Of a DNA stretch of 15,708 nucleotides, positions 6,488-15,293 are shown piece by piece (position 1 is the first letter of the stretch; each line of letters starts with the position of its first letter). The stretch comes from Methanotrichaceae archaeon. GTDB lineage: Archaea; Halobacteriota; Methanosarcinia; Methanotrichales; Methanotrichaceae. The DNA is taken from positions 1 through 15,708 of the forward strand of contig CAWDLW010000003.1 of NCBI GenBank assembly GCA_963803145.1, in the 5' to 3' direction. Under the pieces are notes generated by a model, which was given only the letters and a program-made list of their open reading frames with translations, was not told where the DNA came from and made no database searches. A program made the position numbers and the translations under genes.

Positions 6488-8671
6488 ATGAGAATTAAAG
6501 AGATTCATCAAATCAACATAAAAATGAGCCGTAACTTACACATGGAAAATTACTCCATACCAAATGTTACCCTACGGGACTTTACTCTAGACTATAGTTT
6601 ATCCCAATCAGGCATGTTAGGCCAGGGTCCAGTATCTCTCTCCATAGGTGATCTTCTCCAATCCTTAAGGCGTCTCCTTCCAGGAGCTAAGCCCTCTCGT
6701 ATTCTATCTGCCAGCCTGCAAGAGTACGGTACGAAGATGATTTTAGTAGCTAGTTTTGAAAGCTCACAGGGTCTTCTTACTTGGGAGGTCTTATCTAAAA
6801 ACAACTGCTCCCAGGAAGAGATTCCAGAGCTTGTTGAGGAACTAGCCTACCAGGTGGTCTATAGCATTTCCATCCATGAATCTGGCTCAGCCCGCACCTG
6901 GCAGACCTTTGCTAACATCACCCAGGGATTGCAGGCATACCAGGCTTACCGATCTACTGGCAATCCGGCTCAGCTGGATCATGCTAGGCAGATGGCCCTA
7001 AATGCCCAGAAATGCGAGCCAGGATATAATGGATCATACAAGCTATTGATAGCAATAGGTTTAGAGTACGCACATACAGGTAATATTGGTCAGACCATGT
7101 CCATTTTCAACGAGGTCACTAGGCTTAATCCTCAATATACCGATGCCTGGAACATCAAAGGCATTGTTCTCGATGATCTGGGCAGGCACGATGAGGCCAT
7201 TCAGGCTTATAATAAGGCCATAGAAATCAATCCTCAAGATGTAGAGGCTTGGTACAACAAAGGTGTTACTCTCAATGATCTGGGCAGGCACGATGAGGCC
7301 ATTCAGGCTTATAATAAGGCCATAGAAATCAATCCTCAATTTGTAGCGGCCTGGTACAATAAAGGCAATACTCTCGATGGTCTAGGCAGGCACGATGAGG
7401 CCATTCAGGCTTATAATAAGGCCATAGAAATCAATCCTCAATTTGTAGCGGCCTGGTACAATAAAGGCAATACTCTCGATGGTCTAGGCAGGCACGATGA
7501 GGCCATTCAGGCTTATAATAAGGCCATAGAAATCAATCCTCAATTTGCAGTGGCCTGGCTCAGCAAAGGCAATGCTCTCGATGATCTGGGCAGGCATGAT
7601 GAAGCCATTCAGGCTCTTGATAAGGCTATAAGGATCGATCCCAAATACGCAGAAGCCTGGTATGATAAAGGTGTTGTTCTCTATAGCCTTGGCAAGTACA
7701 ATGAGGCCATTCAGGCTTTTAACAAAGCAATCGATCTAAGGCCTAACTACGCAGAGGCTTGGTATGGTGGAGGGCGCGCTCTTAATGGGATAGGCAAGTA
7801 CAACGAGTCTCTTCAGGCTTTCAATAGAGCTGTTGAACTAAACTCTTCATACATAGATGCATGGGGCAGCAAAGGCGATACTCTGTTTAAACTTGGCAAG
7901 TATAACGAGTCACTTCACGCCTACGAAAAAGTAATCCAGTTAAAGCCAAACAATGCCGAGGCTTGGTATAATAAGGGTGTTGTACTCTATCTCCTTGGCA
8001 AATATAATGAGTCACTTCAGGCCTATGATAAGACTATTGAACTGAAGCCAGATTACGTGAATGCTTGGCATAATAAAGGCGTTTCTCTCTATGATCTCGG
8101 CAAATACGATGAGTCTGTCCAGGCTTACGATAAAATTATTGAACAAAACTTTTCAAATGCGGATGCTTGGGGTGGAAAAGGCGAGGCTCTGTCTGAGCTT
8201 GGTAATTATAATGATTCGTTTCTAGCCTATGAGAAAGCGATTCAGTTGAAGCCAAACGATTCCAAGACTTGGTATAACAAGGGTATTGATCTCTATAGCC
8301 TTGGCAAGTACAATGAGTCGCTCCAGGCGTTCAATAAAGCTATCGAACTATGGCCAGATTATGGGGATGCCTGGAGCAATAAAGGCGCTTCTCTCTGTAC
8401 CCTAGGCAAATACAACGAGTCTGTCTATGCTTATGATAAAGCTATTGAACTGAACTCTTCAAACGTGAATGCTTGGAATGGAAAAGGCGTTTCTCTTTAT
8501 ATCCTCGGCGAGTATAATGAGTCGCTTCAAGCTTGTAATAAAGCTATCGAACTGAAATCCAATTATGCAAACGCCTGGTACAACAAAGGCAATACTCTCC
8601 GGGCGCTAGGCCAAACTACTGACGCAAATGCAGCTTTTGCCAAGGCCAAAGAGCTAGGGTTTACAGGTTAA
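6488..8671 (+). CDS. Tetratricopeptide-repeat protein (about 16 TPRs); C-terminal part of the IS-disrupted gene 4985-8671
   Basis: Repeated 34-aa units AWYNKG..L..LG.Y.EA..AY.KAIE..P and C-terminal cap DANAAFAKAKELG. The reading frame is open upstream of 6488 to the IS junction. Confidence 0.92.
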   Translation: MRIKEIHQINIKMSRNLHMENYSIPNVTLRDFTLDYSLSQSGMLGQGPVSLSIGDLLQSLRRLLPGAKPSRILSASLQEYGTKMILVASFESSQGLLTWEVLSKNNCSQEEIPELVEELAYQVVYSISIHESGSARTWQTFANITQGLQAYQAYRSTGNPAQLDHARQMALNAQKCEPGYNGSYKLLIAIGLEYAHTGNIGQTMSIFNEVTRLNPQYTDAWNIKGIVLDDLGRHDEAIQAYNKAIEINPQDVEAWYNKGVTLNDLGRHDEAIQAYNKAIEINPQFVAAWYNKGNTLDGLGRHDEAIQAYNKAIEINPQFVAAWYNKGNTLDGLGRHDEAIQAYNKAIEINPQFAVAWLSKGNALDDLGRHDEAIQALDKAIRIDPKYAEAWYDKGVVLYSLGKYNEAIQAFNKAIDLRPNYAEAWYGGGRALNGIGKYNESLQAFNRAVELNSSYIDAWGSKGDTLFKLGKYNESLHAYEKVIQLKPNNAEAWYNKGVVLYLLGKYNESLQAYDKTIELKPDYVNAWHNKGVSLYDLGKYDESVQAYDKIIEQNFSNADAWGGKGEALSELGNYNDSFLAYEKAIQLKPNDSKTWYNKGIDLYSLGKYNESLQAFNKAIELWPDYGDAWSNKGASLCTLGKYNESVYAYDKAIELNSSNVNAWNGKGVSLYILGEYNESLQACNKAIELKSNYANAWYNKGNTLRALGQTTDANAAFAKAKELGFTG
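7169..7620 (+). repeat. Near-identical 102-bp tandem repeats (about 4.5 units) within the TPR gene
   Basis: Units start at 7169, 7271, 7373, 7475 and 7577. The stretch 7283-7547 is a perfect period-102 repeat. Confidence 0.92.
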
Positions 8672-9289
8672 TTCTATGACCTATGAGTATATACAACCTG
8701 TAATCCTATCCATTCTTTTTATGGCATCTCAGAGCCAAAGCATATTTTTATAAACATCTTTTAGACCCACAAAGGCGTGGGTGTGCGCTCCAGTTTATAC
8801 AGCGCATTTCTATTTTACCAGCTATCGAAAAACCGAGATCGGGCGATTATCGAAAATTTATTCTATAAAATATAGGAACAACAAGTTACGAATGGTAGTT
8901 AAGCCGATTTTTGGAAATTCTACAAGTTGTATAATTCTATGTATTGAACATACACCTTTACTGCGTGTACCCAACCTTCTAGGAGATAATGGATGTATGA
9001 TAAGAGCTACTGGCTGAAGCACGAAAATGCAATAGAACTTTTTCACAGGCCATAGCTGCTACCAGCCCCATATTAAAATCCATTTGGGCCCTCCATAACA
9101 GATAGCGATCTGAGATTGTTAATAATAACACGTATATAAAAATATCGGCATACTCTGGCTAGTAGCTGTGGGATCTTGCAGACGTCCCCCATAACTTGAT
9201 CGATTATTTAAATGGTATTCATGCCACTGCTCGAAATGATGACACGGTCTTCCATCAACTACTTACAGAACTTAAATCCTTTTAAAACC

Positions 9290-9949
9290 TTATTCTGCAG
9301 GCATTTCCTTTTCCAATGCTTTATTGGCCCCCTCTTCCAAAGCATCAATCATACCGCTAAGCCTGCCATAGTTTAGCATGACATCTCTCACAGCAGAATC
9401 AGTGCATGACATGATCTCGCACAGCTCACGGTCATAGGCTCCGGTATTTATTCGTCTCTCTCTAAGATAATCATGACCCCACCGACCTGCGAGGAGGTAT
9501 TTATCTAAAGGAATAGATGATCCCTTATAGTGCTCAAGCATTGCGCTTGTTGGATCTTGCAGCTTATCGAACCACGTTTTGAGCGACCCAGCCCTTTTGA
9601 CATCATCGGCCTTTGTCATGCCCCTTGGCCGCGGGATCAGCTTATCCAGAGCCTGAGCCATGGCTTGATCCAGGTTCATCCGGGCAAATCTGATCGAGTT
9701 CATAGTGGATGATCTTAGGCCCTTGACTCTTGCATCGATGACTTTACGTTGTTGACTCTGATCACCGCCTGCCTGCTGTCTAACTGATTCCATTGAGGGA
9801 TTATATGTGCTCCAGCCCTTTGCAATTGAGCCTAGATAGACAGAGACTTTGCCAAGCCGCTCTGAGAACTCGCCTTTCTTTATCTGTCCAATGATACTCT
9901 GGATCTCCTTGATGGATTCCTGTAAATTGAAATCATTTGAGTTGCCCAT
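9290..9949 (-). CDS. Hypothetical alpha-helical protein (219 aa)
   Basis: Long ORF with protein-like composition, 42 bp downstream of lysA on the same strand. No motif recognised. Confidence 0.8.
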   Translation of the reverse strand: MGNSNDFNLQESIKEIQSIIGQIKKGEFSERLGKVSVYLGSIAKGWSTYNPSMESVRQQAGGDQSQQRKVIDARVKGLRSSTMNSIRFARMNLDQAMAQALDKLIPRPRGMTKADDVKRAGSLKTWFDKLQDPTSAMLEHYKGSSIPLDKYLLAGRWGHDYLRERRINTGAYDRELCEIMSCTDSAVRDVMLNYGRLSGMIDALEEGANKALEKEMPAE

Positions 9950-9991
9950 TACATCTACATTCGAAATGTAAAGGGATAAAAATTTTGGAGG

Positions 9992-11275
9992 CTACAGCAG
10001 CCTGGGCGGTATTCTCTGTCCCTGTAAGAGCGCGCTGTAATCCTCTGCTCTTCTTATCAACTCAGCATCGCATCCAGATACAAGCACCTCTGCAGGCCTC
10101 GGCTGGCCATTATATTGCGATGCCATTGAAAAGCCGTAAGCTCCTGCATCAAGGAATGCCAGAATATCTCCGCGCTCAACTTTCGGCAGCTTTCTGTCTT
10201 TTGCCAGGATGTCTCCCGTTTCACAAATGGGGCCGACTACAGTGTAGGTTTCCTGTGCATCTTCTTCTGCTTTGTTGGCCGCTACTACATGGTGGTAGGC
10301 ATTATCATAGAGCATGGGCCTCGCCAGGGTGTTGAATCCAGCATCAACTGCAACGAAATTAACGTGAGCCTGCTTAACAACATTCACGCTAGTTATCATA
10401 ATAGTAGTATCTGCAACTATGCTTCGCCCGGGTTCGAGTATAAGTTTTGGATTGATGCCTAAATCAGCGCAGCCATCATCGAAGACTGGAAGAACGCCTG
10501 CTGCCAGATCAGCGGGCTTTGGGGCAGGCATATCTGGATGATATTGTATCCCCAGACCGCCTCCGATATCGATTATTTTCACCTCGCCGCCCAAATTCAC
10601 TACTTCCGCTGCTACATCCATCATCCTCGTCATAGCCTCTACGAATGGTGAAATATCCAGAATCTGTGAGCCGATGTGGCAGTGCAGGCCGATAGGTCGA
10701 ACGCGCTCGAGCTCCATAGCTCTCTTATAGGTCTCAGCCACCTGTTCGGATGGTATCCCAAATTTAGATGTCTTGAGCCCAGTCGCAATCTTTGGGTGCG
10801 TTTTTGGTGAGACATCAGGATTGATTCTGAAGAGAACTTCTATCTGGCTATCTATTTTCTGGGCTGTCTTGGAGAGATAAACAAGCTCTTCCCGTGAATC
10901 TACTGATATTTTTACGCCAGAGTCCAATGCCGCTTTATGATCGTGCTCGCTCTTTGAGTTGCCGTTGAAGAGGATCTTCTCCTTTGGTATTCCCGCAAGC
11001 CTTGCCACGGAGAGCTCGCCTGCTGAAAAGACATCTGCCCCCATGCCCTCTTGAGACAGAATCCTTAAGATCGTCAGATTGCCGTTGGCCTTCACTGCAA
11101 AGTATTTATCCGCCTTCGGAAAGGCATTATGATAGGCTCTGATATTCTCCCGCAGCCTGGCTTCACTGGTAATGTATTGAGGCGTGCCGAATTTATGCGC
11201 AAGATCAACGCAATCAGTGCCTTCGATGAATAGATGATCATTATGGGCTGTAAGGTGCGACTTGGGTCCGAACAT
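9992..11275 (-). CDS. lysA: Diaminopimelate decarboxylase
   Basis: PLP lysine motif FAVKAN, plus SKFG, HCHIGSQ, DIGGG, EPGRSIV, GPICETGD and GAYGFSMASQYN. Start is ATG 11275 or TTG 11281. Confidence 0.96.
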   Translation of the reverse strand: MFGPKSHLTAHNDHLFIEGTDCVDLAHKFGTPQYITSEARLRENIRAYHNAFPKADKYFAVKANGNLTILRILSQEGMGADVFSAGELSVARLAGIPKEKILFNGNSKSEHDHKAALDSGVKISVDSREELVYLSKTAQKIDSQIEVLFRINPDVSPKTHPKIATGLKTSKFGIPSEQVAETYKRAMELERVRPIGLHCHIGSQILDISPFVEAMTRMMDVAAEVVNLGGEVKIIDIGGGLGIQYHPDMPAPKPADLAAGVLPVFDDGCADLGINPKLILEPGRSIVADTTIMITSVNVVKQAHVNFVAVDAGFNTLARPMLYDNAYHHVVAANKAEEDAQETYTVVGPICETGDILAKDRKLPKVERGDILAFLDAGAYGFSMASQYNGQPRPAEVLVSGCDAELIRRAEDYSALLQGQRIPPRLL

Positions 11276-11343
11276 ATTCAATAGTCTCCGAGCAATAACT
11301 AAACCTTTTCCAATGAACTGTCATAAGGATTATGTATTATCAC

Positions 11344-11361
11344 GATATCATTTTGATATCA
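11344..11361 (+). promoter_or_regulatory. Putative antitoxin operator (palindrome) upstream of the TA operon
   Basis: GATATCA-ttt-TGATATC(A) lies between an AT-rich TATA-like stretch (~11330-11340) and the AGGAG RBS of the antitoxin. Confidence 0.6.
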
Positions 11362-11373
11362 TAAGGAGTTGAT

Positions 11374-11607
11374 ATGGCTCAGATTCTTGTGCGTAACTTG
11401 GACGAATCAGTTATCGAGCGATTGAAAGCCCGAGCCCGAAACAATGGACGGTCTCTGGAAGCAGAGGTAAGGCAAATCCTGGAGCAATCTGCCAAAGTGG
11501 ACATGGCCACATCTCGTCGGAGGATCATGGAAATACGCAAAAAAATGGAAGGAAGGAGTTTCATTGATAGCGTTGAACTTATCCGCGAAGATAGGGAGAT
11601 AAGATAG
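11374..11607 (+). CDS. FitA-like ribbon-helix-helix antitoxin (VapB-type)
   Basis: MAQILVRNLDESVIERLKARARNNGRSLEAEVRQIL is the FitA/StbC RHH signature. C-terminus DSVELIREDR. AGGAG RBS. Confidence 0.9.
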   Translation: MAQILVRNLDESVIERLKARARNNGRSLEAEVRQILEQSAKVDMATSRRRIMEIRKKMEGRSFIDSVELIREDREIR

Positions 11608-11614
11608 AGGAAAG

Positions 11615-12040
11615 ATGCTAGTAGTAGTCGATGCCAGCATTGCTGCTAAATGGTTCTTCATAGAGGAATATTCGGAGATCGCACTTCGTCTTTTAGATAA
11701 CCCTTTTGAACTTCATGCACCAGATCTATTATTTATCGAACTGGATAGTATTCTAAGTAAGCGCTTTCGGCGCAATGAGATTTCATCGGGCGAAGCATTC
11801 GATATCCATGATGAGATCTATTCTATGTCCATACAAACATATCATACACTGAATTTAGGGGAAAGAGCTTTTGAGATGGCACTCGAGACCAGGGCAAGCA
11901 TCTACGATTGCATTTATCTATCCCTAGCAGAGCTTCTAGAATGCCGCATGGTCACTGCTGATCACAAGCTTTTTCGCGCTCTGGATAACGGACCATTGTG
12001 CGACTTTATGCTATGGATAAAAGACCTAGAAACCTCATAA
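11615..12040 (+). CDS. vapC: Type II TA system PIN-domain toxin
   Basis: VVVDASIAAKWF..E, APDLLFIEL, SIYDCIYLSLA and MVTADHKL carry the PIN acidic residues. Starts 7 bp after the antitoxin. Confidence 0.93.
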   Translation: MLVVVDASIAAKWFFIEEYSEIALRLLDNPFELHAPDLLFIELDSILSKRFRRNEISSGEAFDIHDEIYSMSIQTYHTLNLGERAFEMALETRASIYDCIYLSLAELLECRMVTADHKLFRALDNGPLCDFMLWIKDLETS

Positions 12041-12496
12041 ACCATTTGAGCAATTTAACTTTAGAACCTCGATGCCGGCCTGCTCCAGGAACATTAACGC
12101 CGTATCATCTGGATAGCTTTGGCTATAGACCACCTTTCTTATACGGGCATTAATCATCATTTTGGCACAGAGGACACAGGGCTGGTGGGTGCAATAAAGG
12201 GTCGATCCTTCGATGCTGACTCCATGAAGTGCCGCCTGGATGATTGCATTCTGTTCGGCATGAACGGCTCTACATAGCTCATGACGCGTTCCAGAAGCCA
12301 CCCCTTCGCGCGCGCAGCCAACTTCGTCACAATGAGCCAGGCCTGAAGGCGCACCGTTATAGCCTGTTGTCAGAATCCTTTTATTCCGGACGAAGAGCGC
12401 GCCCACATGATTTCGCAGGCAGGTTGAGCGTTTAGCTATAACGGTGGAAATCTCCATGAAGTACTCATCTATATCAGGGCGATCGATGTGGACCAT
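12035..12496 (-). CDS. dCMP (deoxycytidylate) deaminase family protein (ComEB-like)
   Basis: RSTCLRNHVGA, TGYNG, HAEQNAI and PCVLC zinc-deaminase motifs. Confidence 0.92.
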   Translation of the reverse strand: MVHIDRPDIDEYFMEISTVIAKRSTCLRNHVGALFVRNKRILTTGYNGAPSGLAHCDEVGCAREGVASGTRHELCRAVHAEQNAIIQAALHGVSIEGSTLYCTHQPCVLCAKMMINARIRKVVYSQSYPDDTALMFLEQAGIEVLKLNCSNGL

Positions 12497-12580
12497 TTAG
12501 CCTTTATATTCGCATTTAGCTTAAAAAGCATTGCAGTTCAGGGCAAAGTTAATATCTCGTTCCTGCATCCCCTTTTGTTC

Positions 12581-14080
12581 ATGACAATTCATTGGGCAGA
12601 CGTCATCGCCCAAAAGCTCGAAAACAGCGGCCCTCATACAATTGCCACGGGCATCACACCTTCAGGTCCTGTGCATATAGGAAACATGCGCGAGGTAATG
12701 ACAGCGGATGCGGTCTATAGAGCGCTTCTGGAAAGGGGCGTTGAAGCGCGTTTGATCTACGTAGCAGATACCTACGATCGTCTGCGCAGGCTCTATCCCT
12801 TTTTGCCTGAAAGCTTCAAAGAACATATCGGTAAGCCTTTATCTGAGATACCTTGCCCTACAGGATGCTGCGGCAGCTATGCAGATCACTTCCTAAATCC
12901 GTTCCTTCGATCTATGGAGCGGCTAGGTATCAAGCCTGAGATTTACCGTGCGGATGTGATGTATAAGGAAGGCAAATTCGTGAATGCGATAACAACTGCG
13001 CTGCAGCACAGGGATGATATCGCTCGAATATTGAAAGAGGTATCTGGCCGGGATGTGCCCGAGAACTGGAGTCCTTTCCAGGTCATCTGCGAGTCTTGCG
13101 GTCGTACAAACACATCGAAGGTCATCGGCTTCGATCCCGAAAGTGAGACTGTGGAGTACGAGTGTGAATGCGGCTCAAAGGGCGTCGTATCCATGCGCGG
13201 AGGAGGAAAGCTGGTCTGGCGTGTGGACTGGCCCGCCCGCTGGCCTATCTTCAAGGTCACGATAGAGCCTTTCGGAAAGGATCATGCAACAGCCGGAGGA
13301 TCCTACGATACAGGGAAGAGAATAAGCGAGGAGGTCTATGGCTACCCTGCCCCCTTCCCCATAGTCTATGAATGGATTCACCTAAAGGGCGTAGGCGCAA
13401 TGCACAGCTCTACAGGAATTGTGATCACAATCCAAGAGATGCTTGATGTTGTGCCGCCTGAGGTTCTCCGCTACCTGATCATCAGGAATAAGCCCGAGAA
13501 GCATATAGAGTTCGATCCTGCGCTTCCGCTGCTTAACCTCGTTGATGAATACGATCAAGGGAAGGGCGATGCACGAGCTCTTGAGCTGTCTTCTATAGGC
13601 GAAAGCAGGCACTTCGATATTCCCTTCAGGCATCTTGTCACAGCAGTTCAGATCTCCCGTGGTGATGATGAGCTTCTTCTCATGGCGCTAAAGAGATCTG
13701 GATATGATATTTCGGGTAAAGAGGAGATATTTGCGAGAGCTGATAATGTTAAGAAATGGCTTGAACGGTATGCCCCAAGCTTTGTAAAGTTCCAGCTACG
13801 CGAGGATCTTCCAGCAGCTGTCAACAATCTTACTCCCGAGGAAAGATTGGGACTGGGCATCCTGGCAGATAGAGTAAATGAGAAGGGTGCAGCAGAGATC
13901 CACGATGAGGTCTATGCTGTCGCAAGAGAGCTTGGCCTTGATCCCAAGAAATTCTTCCAGGGAATCTATCTGGCATTCTTAGGCGATAGACAGGGACCCA
14001 AAGTCGGCTGGTTCCTGGCTAGCATCGATCGTGAGTTCGTAAAGGCACGGCTAAGAGAAGCAGCGTCATGGTCGCAATGA
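12581..14080 (+). CDS. lysS: Lysine--tRNA ligase, class I (archaeal type)
   Basis: Starts MTIHWAD. Motifs GITPSGPVHIGN (HIGH), DWPARW, EPFGKDH, AMHSSTG (KMSKS-like) and GPKVG. The upstream extension to 12488 overlaps the divergent gene, so ATG 12581 is preferred. Confidence 0.96.
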   Translation: MTIHWADVIAQKLENSGPHTIATGITPSGPVHIGNMREVMTADAVYRALLERGVEARLIYVADTYDRLRRLYPFLPESFKEHIGKPLSEIPCPTGCCGSYADHFLNPFLRSMERLGIKPEIYRADVMYKEGKFVNAITTALQHRDDIARILKEVSGRDVPENWSPFQVICESCGRTNTSKVIGFDPESETVEYECECGSKGVVSMRGGGKLVWRVDWPARWPIFKVTIEPFGKDHATAGGSYDTGKRISEEVYGYPAPFPIVYEWIHLKGVGAMHSSTGIVITIQEMLDVVPPEVLRYLIIRNKPEKHIEFDPALPLLNLVDEYDQGKGDARALELSSIGESRHFDIPFRHLVTAVQISRGDDELLLMALKRSGYDISGKEEIFARADNVKKWLERYAPSFVKFQLREDLPAAVNNLTPEERLGLGILADRVNEKGAAEIHDEVYAVARELGLDPKKFFQGIYLAFLGDRQGPKVGWFLASIDREFVKARLREAASWSQ

Positions 14081-14484
14081 AGGCTAAGATATATCTTTCA
14101 GGTCCATTATTTAGTTTAGCTGAGATTGAGTGGGCAAGCAAACTCAAAGCATCCCTAGAGAGCCAGCTTGAAACAGAGGTGATCTGGCCGCACGAAGTCT
14201 CCTCTGGCTCTCCAAAAGAAATATTCGAAACCAACCTTCGGGCACTCATGGGATGCGATCTCATGGTAGCGATTCTGGATGGCCCTCAGGTAGATGATGG
14301 CACTGCCTGGGAGATGGGCTATTTTTATGCTCTAGGAAAAAGGATCTTGGGAATCAGGACCGACTTCAGAAGGGCTGGGGAGGCTCCTGAATCAAAGGTG
14401 AATGCAATGATAGAGCACTCCTGCGTATCCATCGAAGAAAGGCTGGAACAGCTCATAAAGGAGCTCAAGAGGATTCTGGATTGA
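14077..14484 (+). CDS. Nucleoside 2-deoxyribosyltransferase / N-glycosidase family protein
   Basis: KIYLSGPLF, CDLMVAILDG..VDDGTAWEMGY and VNAMI motifs. ATGA overlap with the lysS stop; alternative ATG at 14068. Confidence 0.88.
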   Translation: MKAKIYLSGPLFSLAEIEWASKLKASLESQLETEVIWPHEVSSGSPKEIFETNLRALMGCDLMVAILDGPQVDDGTAWEMGYFYALGKRILGIRTDFRRAGEAPESKVNAMIEHSCVSIEERLEQLIKELKRILD

Positions 14485-15245
14485 TTTCGACCATTTTCAA
14501 TGCGCCTTTATTGATGGTCGAAAAGGAGCAGCGTGTTCTTGTAGCTGCTGATATCCACCTGGGCCTGGAATATGAGCTCTGGCTAGGTGGGGCGAGCATC
14601 CCTAGTCAGACTGACCGCATCCTCGAGAGATTGAAAAGACAAGTAAATGAGCTCAAGCCTGATAGGCTTATACTAGTCGGGGATGTGAAGCATAATGTCC
14701 CCAAAACAAGCTGGCAGGAGCGGAGGGAGGTTCCTTATTTTTTGAGGGAGCTTTGCAAATATGTGAAGGTCGAGATAGTTCCCGGCAACCATGATAGCGG
14801 TATAGCGAGTATGGCGCCGCAGGGTACAAGTGTACAGCCGTCTTCTGGCTTCGTTCTGGACGGCATAGGCTATTTCCATGGGCATACTTGGCCAAGTATT
14901 GAGCTTTTGGACTCTGAACTTCTCATAGCCGGGCATATACATCCTGCACTGAGGCTGAAAGATCAAATCGGCCACTCGACGACGATGCGCGTTTTTGCAA
15001 GAGCCCCGTTATCTGCAGAGGTTATAAGGAAACATTACAATCTTGATAAAACGCCTGAAATGATGGTAATGCCGGCGTTCAATGATCTTTGCGGAGGCAT
15101 GCCCTTGAATGAGATATCTCCGGAAGATGAGCGCGGTCCGATTTTGACTATGGCCGATATAGATAAGTCCCGAATTTACCTCCTTGACGGCATAGATCTC
15201 GGAGTCCTGAAGGAAATAAAATCCTCCATTAAAAGGCAAGGCTGA
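14481..15245 (+). CDS. Calcineurin-like metallophosphoesterase
   Basis: ADIHLG, GDVKH, GNHD, FHGH, GHIHP and MPAFN motifs. TTG start overlaps the previous stop (TTGA). Confidence 0.9.
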   Translation: MISTIFNAPLLMVEKEQRVLVAADIHLGLEYELWLGGASIPSQTDRILERLKRQVNELKPDRLILVGDVKHNVPKTSWQERREVPYFLRELCKYVKVEIVPGNHDSGIASMAPQGTSVQPSSGFVLDGIGYFHGHTWPSIELLDSELLIAGHIHPALRLKDQIGHSTTMRVFARAPLSAEVIRKHYNLDKTPEMMVMPAFNDLCGGMPLNEISPEDERGPILTMADIDKSRIYLLDGIDLGVLKEIKSSIKRQG

Positions 15246-15293
15246 GGAAGGGTTATATTGCAACATGAGAAGCGCTTTCTGGATGAGGTGGGT

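Noticed and set aside
7169-7620. Regular repeats as a CRISPR array
   Set aside because: The 102-bp period is exactly one in-frame 34-aa TPR, the would-be spacers are similar or identical, and there are no cas genes.
8781-9046. ORFs 8781-9017 (+) and 8858-9046 (-)
   Set aside because: Short, mutually overlapping, GTG starts, AT-rich and without motifs.
12035-12496. Deaminase as an anti-phage dCTP deaminase
   Set aside because: It is a 153-aa stand-alone ComEB-like enzyme without the kinase-like domain, in a housekeeping context.
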